The notes under the pieces: generated by a model | Told to the model about the DNA's origin: nothing | Databases searched by the model: none | The model's input: only the letters and a program-made list of their open reading frames with translations | Source of the DNA: Elusimicrobiota bacterium | GTDB lineage: Bacteria > Elusimicrobiota > Elusimicrobia > UBA1565 > UBA9628 | Direction: 5' to 3' | DNA length: 64,000 bases | Assembly (NCBI GenBank): GCA_003452935.1 | Contig: DMMY01000016.1 | Coordinates: 142,009-206,008, forward strand | Made by a program: the position numbers and the translations under genes | Shown: piece by piece, positions 49,222-58,431 of the stretch | Numbering within the stretch: position 1 is the stretch's first letter | How the letters are laid out: each line of letters opens with the position of its first letter

Positions 49222-49828
49222 AATGAAAAGAGCTTTAGACTTGGCCTTAGCCTGTTCCGGCCTCCTGTTCTGCGCACCTATCATGCTCGCCATCACGCTA
49301 GTCCAAAAACTAAGCTCCCCAGGCCCTTTGCTCTATCGCGGGAGCCGGGTGGGAAAAAATGGCCGCAGATTCAGCATCCTCAAGTTCCGAACCATGGTCG
49401 TCAACGCTGAAAAAATTGGCGGGTCCTCAACCTCCGATAGCGATCCCCGGATCACCTCAATGGGCAGGTTTCTGCGGCGATGGAAGCTGGATGAATTGCC
49501 CCAACTTTGGAACGTGATCACCGGGGACATGAGCCTTGTCGGCCCCCGCCCGCAGGTCGAACACGATGTTGCCCAGTACTCGGAGGATGAGAAAAAAATT
49601 CTTACGGTTCGCCCGGGAATCACAGACTGGTCTTCGATCAAGTTCCGCAATGAAGGAGCAATTTTGGCGAAATATCCGGATCCGGATCAAGCCTACATCG
49701 AGCAAATTCGTCCGGAGAAAATTCGTCTGCAGATGCTCTATATCCGCGAGATGTCCTTTTTGGGCGATTTAGAAATACTCTGGGCGACCATCGTCGCATT
49801 ATTCGGAGCAGAGGTCAAACTGCCATGA
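49222..49828 (+). CDS. Initiating sugar-phosphate transferase (PglC/WbaP C-terminal-domain type, 'bacterial sugar transferase')
   Basis: MKRALDLALACSGLLFCAPIMLAI TM helix, then LYRGSRVGKNGRRFSILKFRTM ... GDMSLVGPRP. Start trimmed to the ATG at 49222. Confidence 0.8.
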
Positions 49829-50559
49829 AACCCTTAAAAACCAAAGCCGAAGAGCTGGCGGGGCCGCAAATCGCCAAATTATTCGAGATCTCTTGCGATC
49901 CACTCCAGGTCAAGCTGGAAAACGCCCCAAAGTACTTCAGGCGCAAGACCATGACCCGATTGCTGGCCCTCTATGAGATTTTCAAGCAAATCTTAGATGT
50001 TAAGGGATCCATTATAGAATGCGGGATTCATAGAGGTTTCGGCCTCATGAGTTGGGCCCAATTCAGCGCCGTTTTGGAACCCGCGAACCTCACTCGCCGA
50101 ATCTACGGATTCGACAGCTTCGAAGGTTTCACCCAAGTCCATCAGCATGATAAGAACACCCGCCTAAATCCCAAAAGAGGGGGGCTAAGAGCCGATTGCC
50201 ACCAGGAACTAACTCAACTCATCAAGGTTTACGATTCCGACCGCTTCCTTGGGCATGTGGACAAGGTTCACATGATCAAAGGCGACGCGACGAAAACGAT
50301 TCCCGATTTTCTATCAAAAAACAGGCATCTTATGGTCAGCCTTCTATTTCTGGACTTCGATTTATATGAGCCAACCAAAGTAGCCATTCAACAATTCTTG
50401 CCACGCATGCCGAAAGGCGCTGTCCTGGCCTTTGATGAACTCGACAACCCCATCTGGCCCGGCGAGACGCAGGCTGCCCTAGAAGCAATAGGTCTCAGCC
50501 AGCTCAAAATCCGCAGGTTGCCGTGGGATCCCTACATAGGTTATGCCCTCCTTGACTAA
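49825..50559 (+). CDS. TylF/MycF-family O-methyltransferase (class I SAM MTase)
   Basis: GIHRGFGLM...GDATKTIPDFL...LLFLDFDLYEPT blocks characteristic of macrocin-O-MTase-like sugar methyltransferases. Confidence 0.6.
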   Translation: MKPLKTKAEELAGPQIAKLFEISCDPLQVKLENAPKYFRRKTMTRLLALYEIFKQILDVKGSIIECGIHRGFGLMSWAQFSAVLEPANLTRRIYGFDSFEGFTQVHQHDKNTRLNPKRGGLRADCHQELTQLIKVYDSDRFLGHVDKVHMIKGDATKTIPDFLSKNRHLMVSLLFLDFDLYEPTKVAIQQFLPRMPKGAVLAFDELDNPIWPGETQAALEAIGLSQLKIRRLPWDPYIGYALLD

Positions 50560-51388
50560 CGCATTGAATCCCACTGTCGCGAGTTGTCAGGTCTTTGCCA
50601 AGAACCTCAGACTAACCGCCCTGCGTATGGTTCATGCGGCCAAAAGCGCTCATGCCGGGGGCTCTCTTTCAATAGCAGACCTCTTGGCAGCCCTCTATGG
50701 AGGCGTTCTTCGCGTCGATTCAAAACGACCAGACAGCCCGGATCGCGACCGATTCATTTTAAGCAAAGGGCACGCCTGCGCAGCGTTTTATGCCGCGCTT
50801 GCATTCCGCGGTTTTTTCCCCATGGAATGGCTTGATACCTTTTATCAGAATGGAGGACGCTTGGCCGGCCATGCCACCCACTCGGGCGTCCCAGGGGTAG
50901 AGTTCTCCACCGGATCGCTCGGCCACGGCCTATCGGTAGCGACCGGGATGGCCCTAACGGGCAAACGCGACGGCGCCCCCTGGAGGGTATTCGCCCTTCT
51001 TTCGGATGGGGAATGCGACGAAGGTTCAACCTGGGAGCCGGCCCTCTTCGCCCCGCATCACCGGCTAGACAACCTGGTCGCGATCATCGATTACAACAAG
51101 ATTCAAAGCCTAGGACACACGAAGGAAGTGCTCGACCTCGATCCTTTCGCCGAGAAATGGCGGGCATTCGGATGGGCGGTCCAAGAGATTGACGGCCACG
51201 ACATGAGCAAAATCATCGCCGCCCTCACAACGATTCCTTTTACGCAAGGGAAACCGTCCTGTCTGATCGCCCATACGGTCAAAGGCAAAGGTGTCAGTTT
51301 CATGGAAGACAAGCTCCTCTGGCACTACCGCAACCCATCGACCGAGGAATACCAGGCAGCCATAATCGAGATTGAAAAAATGCCATGA
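50543..51388 (+). CDS. Transketolase, N-terminal (ThDP pyrophosphate-binding) subunit
   Basis: GHAGGSLSIADLLAAL ... LSKGHA ... GSLGHGLSVATGMAL ... SDGECDEG. Confidence 0.85.
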   Translation: MPSLTNALNPTVASCQVFAKNLRLTALRMVHAAKSAHAGGSLSIADLLAALYGGVLRVDSKRPDSPDRDRFILSKGHACAAFYAALAFRGFFPMEWLDTFYQNGGRLAGHATHSGVPGVEFSTGSLGHGLSVATGMALTGKRDGAPWRVFALLSDGECDEGSTWEPALFAPHHRLDNLVAIIDYNKIQSLGHTKEVLDLDPFAEKWRAFGWAVQEIDGHDMSKIIAALTTIPFTQGKPSCLIAHTVKGKGVSFMEDKLLWHYRNPSTEEYQAAIIEIEKMP

Positions 51389-52317
51389 GAACAGCATTTT
51401 TCAAGACGCTCGAAGAATTGGCGGCTAAAGAACCAAGAATAAACCTCATCACCGGCGACCTCGGCTTCACCGTCGTTGAACCTTACGCGGAGCGCTTTCC
51501 GCTGCAATTCCTCAACGCAGGAGTAGCCGAGCAAAACATGACGGGACTGGCGGTGGGGATGGCTCTGTCAGGCAAGATCGTCTTCACTTATTCGATAGCC
51601 AATTTCCCTACCCTGCGATGCATCGAGCAGATTCGCAACGACGCCTGCTATCACAAGGCGAATGTGAAGGTCACATGCGTGGGAGGCGGGCTCGCCTATG
51701 GGGCGCTGGGCAGTTCCCATCAAGCCACCGAGGACATCGCTATCATGCGCTCGCTTCCAGGCATGACCGTCGTCGCTCCGGGCGACCCCGTCGAAGCGGA
51801 ACAAGCCACCCGCGCCATCGCGGCGTTCGATGGCCCCTGCTATCTGCGTCTCGGCAAAGCCGGAGAACCTCCCGTCCACCGCGACCCCATCGATTTTAAA
51901 CTTGGGAAAGCCATTCGGGTTCGCGACGGCAAGGACATCACGATCATATCGACAGGAGGCATGCTTCACCCATGCTTTGAGGCAGCCAGCCAACTGGAGC
52001 AAGCCGGTTTGTCCGCGCGGCTTCTCAGCATGCACACAATCAAGCCTATCGATGTCCAGTCGGTCCTATCCGCCGCGCAAGAGACTTCAGCGATCCTGAC
52101 GGTTGAAGAGCACTCGGTGATCGGCGGGCTGGGCAGCGCGGTGGCCGAAATTCTCGCGCAGCAAAGTTCCCGCCGGATAGAATTCCGAATCATGGGACTG
52201 CCCGACCAGTTCTGCCGGACCGTAGGCAGCCAGGACTACCTCAGGCAAGCCTTCAAGCTGTCGCCAGAAGCCATCAAACTCGCAGCCACCGAACTGATTC
52301 GAAGAACCGATGAATAA
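51385..52317 (+). CDS. Transketolase, C-terminal (pyrimidine-binding) subunit
   Basis: LNAGVAEQNMTGLAVGMALSGKIVF ... GALGSSHQATEDIAIMRSLPGMTVVAPGDPVE. Confidence 0.85.
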   Translation: MRTAFFKTLEELAAKEPRINLITGDLGFTVVEPYAERFPLQFLNAGVAEQNMTGLAVGMALSGKIVFTYSIANFPTLRCIEQIRNDACYHKANVKVTCVGGGLAYGALGSSHQATEDIAIMRSLPGMTVVAPGDPVEAEQATRAIAAFDGPCYLRLGKAGEPPVHRDPIDFKLGKAIRVRDGKDITIISTGGMLHPCFEAASQLEQAGLSARLLSMHTIKPIDVQSVLSAAQETSAILTVEEHSVIGGLGSAVAEILAQQSSRRIEFRIMGLPDQFCRTVGSQDYLRQAFKLSPEAIKLAATELIRRTDE

Positions 52318-53449
52318 TATCCCGCGCCGCCTTGACGCATACCGAGTACCTTTCGTCAAACCAAAGGAGCACTACCTGAGGCTGAAGCCAGAAATCGACG
52401 GCGCCTTTATAGGGTGCCTCAAAAACGGCGATCTCATCCACCGCCAGCAGCTTCTCGATTTTGAAAAGCACTTGTCCGCCTATGTTGGGACAAAATACGC
52501 CATCGGCCTAGCCAGCGGCTACCACGCGCTGCTTTTCGGACTTATGGCCGCCAAAGTCGGCCCGGGAGACGAAGTTATTACCGTGGCGCATACATTTGCC
52601 GCGTCGGTCTCGGCCATCGTGCACACCGGCGCCAAGCCTGTATTAATCGACGTCCAGGACGATTTCAACATGGACGTCACCCAACTCAAGACCGCGTTGA
52701 GCAACCGCACGAAAGCTATCATGCCGGTTCATCTCAACGGCAGGCTTTGCGATATGGACCAAGTGATGGACTTCGCCGACAAGCACCGCCTGGCAGTCAT
52801 CGAAGACGCCTGCCAGGCTTTGGGCGCAACACATGGAGGCACCATGGCGGGAGCCTTCGCCACGGGGTGCTTCAGTTTCTATCCCTTCAAATCCCTTGGC
52901 GGTTTCGGCGACGGAGGCGCCTTAACCACGAACGACCCGGATGTCGCACGCTTTGCCACCCTGATGCGCTACAATGGAGAGGACCGGGCGACGGGAGATT
53001 TCTTCTATCACGGACACACCGCGTTGCTCGACAACGTCCAAGCCGCCGTGCTTGACGTAAAGCTGCGGCATTTTCCAGCATGGCTCGAGCATCGCCGCGA
53101 GATAGCCGCCATCTACAGCAAGGGCCTTGCCGGCATCCCCGGCCTTAGCACCCCCCGCATCGACGGCGGCAAAAATCGCGACGCATGTCAGAACTACGTT
53201 ATCCGAACCGTCCAGAGAGACTCCTTGCGCGCGCATCTGACTGCAGCGGGAATCGAGACCCTTGTCAGTTGGCCAAAACCACTGTGGGAACACGCAGGGC
53301 TCAGTCTCGGGAAACCGAATCTTCCAAAAACCAAGGCCATCTGCCAAGAAGTTTTATCATTGCCGCTATGCGCCGAAACCACCCACGAAGAAACGCAGTT
53401 CGTCATAGACAGCATCCGGAGCTTTACAAGCCAATGCCCCTCGCCTTAA
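52310..53449 (+). CDS. DegT/DnrJ/EryC1/StrS-family PLP-dependent sugar aminotransferase (PseC-like)
   Basis: AIMPVHLNGRLCDMDQVMDFADKHRLAVIEDACQALGA ... FSFYPFKSLGGFGDGGAL. Confidence 0.85.
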   Translation: MNNIPRRLDAYRVPFVKPKEHYLRLKPEIDGAFIGCLKNGDLIHRQQLLDFEKHLSAYVGTKYAIGLASGYHALLFGLMAAKVGPGDEVITVAHTFAASVSAIVHTGAKPVLIDVQDDFNMDVTQLKTALSNRTKAIMPVHLNGRLCDMDQVMDFADKHRLAVIEDACQALGATHGGTMAGAFATGCFSFYPFKSLGGFGDGGALTTNDPDVARFATLMRYNGEDRATGDFFYHGHTALLDNVQAAVLDVKLRHFPAWLEHRREIAAIYSKGLAGIPGLSTPRIDGGKNRDACQNYVIRTVQRDSLRAHLTAAGIETLVSWPKPLWEHAGLSLGKPNLPKTKAICQEVLSLPLCAETTHEETQFVIDSIRSFTSQCPSP

Positions 53450-54591
53450 GCCGGCGTTGCGACCGATCCGTTCAATCGGAAATACGCGCCATGTCGGTGG
53501 AATGCGAGCAATTAGCCGGATTAAACCTCGCCCAAGGGGTGTGCGACACGCCCATCCCAACGCCCGTTTGTCTGGGCGCGCAAAGAGCAGTTGGCGATGG
53601 GATCAACAGCTATACTCGTTTCGACGGGCTCATCGAACTACGCTGCGCCATCGCTCAAAAATTGCGTCGTTACAACGCGATCTCGGCAGACCCGGAATCC
53701 GGCATCGTCGTCAGCTGCGGATCAACCGGTTCTTTTTATGCGGCCTGTTTGGCTCTCCTTAATCCCGGCGATGAAGTCCTCCTTTTTGAGCCGTTTTACG
53801 GCTATCACCTCAATACCCTGCTCGCAGTCGAGGCCGTGCCTGCCTTTATCCGCATGCAAGCGCCGGGATGGACCTTCGCCAAGGCGGACATCGAGAAAGC
53901 GATCACGCGCAAGACGCGAGCCATCGTGGTCAACACTCCAAGCAATCCATCGGGAAAAGTATATACTCGGCAAGAACTCCAGTGGATCGCGGATGTGGCG
54001 GAAAAACACGATCTCTTTGTGCTTACTGACGAAATCTACGAATATATTCTTTATGAAAACCGCAAGCACCTAAGCCCGGCATGCCTGCCCGGCATGGCGG
54101 AACGCACCATCACGATCTCCGGATTCTCGAAGACTTTCAGCATCACGGGCTGGAGAATCGGCTACAGCGCGTGCCACGCAAAATGGGCGCAAATGATCGG
54201 ATATATGAGCGACCTGATCTACGTCTGCGCCCCGGCCCCTCTGCAGGCCGGCGTGGCGCGTGGACTCGCTGAGCTCGGGGATGACTACTACGATAGCCTC
54301 CGCAAAGACTTCGAGCGCAAGCGATCGGTGATTTGCGCGGCGCTCGACAAGGCAGGATTGACTCCCTGCACGCCACAAGGCGCATACTATGTCCTCGCAG
54401 ATATCAACCGTTTGCCCGGGAAGACCGGCAAGGAACGGGCGATGCATCTCTTGCGGTCTATCGGCGTGGCATGCGTTCCGGGAGAGGCTTTCTTTCACAA
54501 TGGCCAAGATGGCGCGGGCATGGGACGCTTCTGCTTCGCCAAGACCGATGAAGAACTTGAGGATGCGTGCAGACGGCTAGCGCGATTATGA
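53426..54591 (+). CDS. Class I/II PLP-dependent aminotransferase (AspAT-like fold)
   Basis: VVNTPSNPSGKV ... SGFSKTFSITGWRIGY lysine-motif region. Start trimmed to MPLALSRRC (ATG ~53426), overlapping the DegT 3' end. Confidence 0.7.
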
Positions 54592-55355
54592 ACGATCACG
54601 ATTTTTCGACGGTTACGGAAATTCCCGGGAATAAAGCATCCCTCGAGCAGTTGTCCATGATCCACACGCGATATCGATTGGCATATGATTTTTGCGCCGA
54701 CAAGGACGTGCTCGAAGCGGCTTGCGGCCCAGGGCGAGCGTTGGGTTATCTGGCGCAAAAAGCGCGATCCGTCGTCGGAGGAGACCTTTCCCAGAACCTG
54801 GTCGATCTCGCCAACCGCCACTATGGAGGGAGAATTTCAGTTGTACGAATGGACGTCCAGGCAATGCCTTGGGCCGACCACAGTTTTGACGTAGTGATTC
54901 TCTACGAGGCCCTCTATTACCTGCCTGACGTAGACCGCTTCATAGCTGAAGCTCGTCGGATTTTGCGACCGGAAGGCGTACTTCTGCTGTGCACGCCAAA
55001 CTGTGAGTGGGAGGGATTTAATCCCAGTCCTTTCAGCCGTAAATATTTTTCAGCCTCAGAATTGCGCCTCTGGCTCGAAAAAGCAGGCTTTACCGTTCAG
55101 ATCAAGGCATGCTTTAAAGTCTCCCATGACACCTTAAAGCAAAAAGCAGTTTCTGCAGCACGCAAAGCCGCAGTGACGCTGGGACTTATTCCTAAAACGA
55201 TGAAAGGCAAGACGTTCCTCAAACGGCTTTTTTACGGGCAACTCTCCGAACTCGGACCAGAGATAGATACGACGGCGCCCGCCAAGGTGCCGGTGTCCGT
55301 GGAGCCCAGGCATCTCCCGAACTACAAGGTTCTCTATGCCATCGCCAAGCGATAA
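54588..55355 (+). CDS. Class I SAM-dependent methyltransferase (Methyltransf_11-like)
   Basis: LEAACGPGRALGYLA motif I. ATGA overlap with the upstream stop. Confidence 0.7.
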   Translation: MNDHDFSTVTEIPGNKASLEQLSMIHTRYRLAYDFCADKDVLEAACGPGRALGYLAQKARSVVGGDLSQNLVDLANRHYGGRISVVRMDVQAMPWADHSFDVVILYEALYYLPDVDRFIAEARRILRPEGVLLLCTPNCEWEGFNPSPFSRKYFSASELRLWLEKAGFTVQIKACFKVSHDTLKQKAVSAARKAAVTLGLIPKTMKGKTFLKRLFYGQLSELGPEIDTTAPAKVPVSVEPRHLPNYKVLYAIAKR

Positions 55356-56505
55356 CCTTGGTCCTGCCTTTCTTGTCATCCTGACCGCGTCTATGGCTTG
55401 CGCAGGGACGCCCCGAGGGCCAAAAGCGGCCTTGACACGATTCCCCATCGGAATTTACGGAGGAAATGACCCAAAGCATCTGGCACGGCTCAAGAGCGAT
55501 GGTTTCGACTCATTTCATTGCAGTTGGAAGGATTTTGACCGTCTAGCGGCCATGGCAAAAGAAGCCAAGCACCAAGGAATGCGGATGATCATTTCCCCAG
55601 ATGAAATCCGTCGAAAAGCATCCTCTCATATCCAGGAGTGGCCGGTTGATGCCTGGTACCTATTCGACGAACCAGATGTCCATCGGTTATCAAGCGCCAC
55701 TCTCCAAGGGATCTCCGAGCAAACCCGCTCGTGGGATCCAGAACGGCCACAGACATTCGTCATCGGGCAGGGATCTCCCACGAACGTCTACGGCCGGATC
55801 GGGGATATATTGATGATGGACTGGTATCCCGTTCCACACAGAGCGCCAGATTCCGTAGCGGATCAGATCGACCTCCTCATGAAGACGCTTCCAAAAGGGA
55901 AACCTTTCTGGATGGTAATCCAGGCATACGATTGGGCCGATGAGATAAAGGATCCAACCAAGATCAAGGGCCTGCGATTCCCGAACCGCCATGAAATCCG
56001 CTTCATGAGTTATATCGCCGTCATGCATGGGGCCCGGGGGCTTTTTTATTGCACTTTACTCAAGAAAGGAAAGACCCTTTTCGAATATCCGGAACTCTGG
56101 CAGGAAGTTTCCGTTGTCACTCGAGAAATAAGGGATATGCGTCCCGTCTTCGAACGAGGCAAGCGGGTACGGCTGCCATTCCCGCCAAACCCGGATGGCG
56201 TAGAGGCAAAGGCGTGGCGTTATAAGAACCGCGACCATGTCATCATCCTCAATCGCAAAGCCACCGTCTATCAGAAGGTTCCCGAGGAACTTTTCAATGG
56301 GCTATGGCAGCCGATCCACTGCGCAAAAAACAATTGTCGAGAGGCCCTCTCATCGTTTTATGGCGCTTGGTATCTGAGGCCCTATCACGTAATGGTTTTC
56401 AAGAGCCGGCTGAATTGGTTTCGGGGACTATCGCGGGGTTTGCCAATAGCGACCTCCTGTGACCAAGACGACACTCTAACCCGCAGTAGGCATTTGGTAA
56501 AATAA
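55336..56505 (+). CDS. Lipoprotein, putative TIM-barrel glycoside-hydrolase-like polysaccharide-processing protein (paralog 1, island GC)
   Basis: Lipobox LTASMAC. Shares FPIG, AWYLxDEPDV, GDILMxDWYPVPH, EIRFMxY and LPFPPNPDG..AKAWRY blocks with the ORF at 58377-59486. Confidence 0.35.
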   Translation: MPSPSDNLGPAFLVILTASMACAGTPRGPKAALTRFPIGIYGGNDPKHLARLKSDGFDSFHCSWKDFDRLAAMAKEAKHQGMRMIISPDEIRRKASSHIQEWPVDAWYLFDEPDVHRLSSATLQGISEQTRSWDPERPQTFVIGQGSPTNVYGRIGDILMMDWYPVPHRAPDSVADQIDLLMKTLPKGKPFWMVIQAYDWADEIKDPTKIKGLRFPNRHEIRFMSYIAVMHGARGLFYCTLLKKGKTLFEYPELWQEVSVVTREIRDMRPVFERGKRVRLPFPPNPDGVEAKAWRYKNRDHVIILNRKATVYQKVPEELFNGLWQPIHCAKNNCREALSSFYGAWYLRPYHVMVFKSRLNWFRGLSRGLPIATSCDQDDTLTRSRHLVK

Positions 56506-56514
56506 TTATTCTTA

Positions 56515-58431
56515 ATGCCAAAAATATTTTTTTCATATAAACGCCTCCTTATCATAGGCGCGGATGCGATGGCTTTTACGGTTTCTTACGCCCTAGCCTT
56601 TTTCCTGCGCTTTGATCTCCATATCCCTCTGAACCAACTAGCCAACTTTCTCGTCACCGTCTGGCTCGTGGTCGGCATCCGGCTGCTGACCTTCCTCTAC
56701 CTCGGCGCCTACGAAGGCGTCTGGCGCTACGCCAGCATCGCGGACCTCTCCACCCTCCTAAAAGCCATGGCCGCGAGCCAGGTCGTCATCACCGCCGCGG
56801 TCCTGTTCCTCCAGCACGCCAATTTTCCGCGCTCCACGCTCCTCATCGACGCCGCCTTGGCCCTCATCTTCGTCGGCCTCACCCGCTTCGGAATCCGCAT
56901 GACCCGCCAATGGCGCCAGCAAGGCCACCCACAGGACCTTCCCCGGCTGATCATCTTCGGCGCCGGGGATTTGGGGGAGACCATCGTGCGCGACATGCAA
57001 AGGCGCAAGCGCCCCACGCACAAAATCGTGGGCTTCGCCGACGACGATCACGCCAAATGGCGCATGCGCATCCACAACGTGCCCATCTTGGGAGGCCGCA
57101 AGGAACTGCCCAAGCTCATCGAGAAGCACGGCGTCGACGAGGTCGTAGTCGCGGTCAACCACTCGCGCGGACCCCTGATCCAGGACTTGATCGAGCTCTG
57201 CCGCAAGGAGCCGGGCCGCAAGGTCGAATTCAAGACCGTGCCCACCATCGAGGAGACCCTGCGCAGCGACCATACCCATCAAAAAGGCTTTCGCAGAATC
57301 GAGCTCTCGGACCTCTTGCGCCGCAAGCCCGTCGCCACCGACCTGGGAGCGGTCAAGAACCTCATCGCGGGCAAGACGGTCCTGGTCACGGGCGCGGGCG
57401 GGAGCATCGGCTCCGAGCTCTCGCGCCAGATATTGCGCTTCAAGCCATCCAAGCTGATCCTCCTGGAGAAGCACAACACGGCCCTTTTCTACATCGACCG
57501 GGAGCTCTGCGCGGTCAAGAACGGGACCTGCCTCGTGCCCGCGGCGGGAGACATCACGGACCCCGACCTCCTGGACAATCTCTTCGACGCGCACAAGCCC
57601 CAGCTCGTGTTCCACGCGGCCGCGCACAAGCACGTCTCGCTCATGGAGGCCAATCCCCAGGAGGCGGTCAAGAACAACACCATAGGCACCCATCTCCTGG
57701 CCGAGAAAGCGGCGCGCTACCACGCGGAACGCTTCCTGTTCATCTCCACGGACAAGGCGGTGCGGCCCACCAGCGTCATGGGCGTCTCCAAGCGCATGGC
57801 CGAGATGGTGATCCGGGCCCTGGCCCCGGCCGCAGAGACCAAGTTCCTGTCCGTGCGCTTCGGCAATGTCCTGGGCAGTTCCGGCAGCGCCGTCAACATC
57901 TTCAAGGAGCAGATCGCCCATGGCGGGCCGGTGACCGTGACGCATCCGGAGGTCACGCGCTACTTCATGACCACCCAGGAGGCGGTCGAGCTGATCCTTC
58001 AGGCCTGCTCCATGGGCAGCGGGGGGGAGATTTTCGTCTTGAACATGGGAGAGCCCGTAAAGGTGGCGGACGTCGCCCGCAACCTCATCCTCTTGTCGGG
58101 CCTGGAGCCGGACAAGGACATCAATATCGTCTACACGGGCCTGCGGCCGGGCGAGAAAATGTACGAGGAGCTTTTCCGGAGCAACGACGTGCGCCAGGAC
58201 ACGGGCCACCCGGACATATTCGCGGCCCTGCCCGAGGAGGCGGACCTCGCCATCCTGCGCAACCATATCGAGAGCCTGCGCGCGCTTTGCAGCCAGGCCG
58301 ACCCGGCGCCCCTGTTGCGCAAAATCCAGCAGCTCGTGCCCGCCTACACGCCTTCTGCCGTGCACGCGGCCCAACCATGCCCTTGCGACCAGCCATCAGC
58401 TATAGCCCCTGTCTCAGACTTGGCCTCCTAG
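56515..58431 (+). CDS. Membrane-anchored UDP-GlcNAc 4,6-dehydratase (WbpM/PglF/CapD family)
   Basis: N-terminal TM helices; KTVLVTGAGGSIGSEL Rossmann motif; full CapD-type architecture. Only the first ~100 nt are AT-rich; the rest is high GC. Confidence 0.85.
   Translation: MPKIFFSYKRLLIIGADAMAFTVSYALAFFLRFDLHIPLNQLANFLVTVWLVVGIRLLTFLYLGAYEGVWRYASIADLSTLLKAMAASQVVITAAVLFLQHANFPRSTLLIDAALALIFVGLTRFGIRMTRQWRQQGHPQDLPRLIIFGAGDLGETIVRDMQRRKRPTHKIVGFADDDHAKWRMRIHNVPILGGRKELPKLIEKHGVDEVVVAVNHSRGPLIQDLIELCRKEPGRKVEFKTVPTIEETLRSDHTHQKGFRRIELSDLLRRKPVATDLGAVKNLIAGKTVLVTGAGGSIGSELSRQILRFKPSKLILLEKHNTALFYIDRELCAVKNGTCLVPAAGDITDPDLLDNLFDAHKPQLVFHAAAHKHVSLMEANPQEAVKNNTIGTHLLAEKAARYHAERFLFISTDKAVRPTSVMGVSKRMAEMVIRALAPAAETKFLSVRFGNVLGSSGSAVNIFKEQIAHGGPVTVTHPEVTRYFMTTQEAVELILQACSMGSGGEIFVLNMGEPVKVADVARNLILLSGLEPDKDINIVYTGLRPGEKMYEELFRSNDVRQDTGHPDIFAALPEEADLAILRNHIESLRALCSQADPAPLLRKIQQLVPAYTPSAVHAAQPCPCDQPSAIAPVSDLAS

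Noticed and set aside
19150-56640. Looked for integrase, transposase, tRNA or direct repeats at the island borders
   Set aside because: None found. The borders fall inside or next to conserved polysaccharide genes, which fits homologous-recombination cassette exchange rather than an integrative element.
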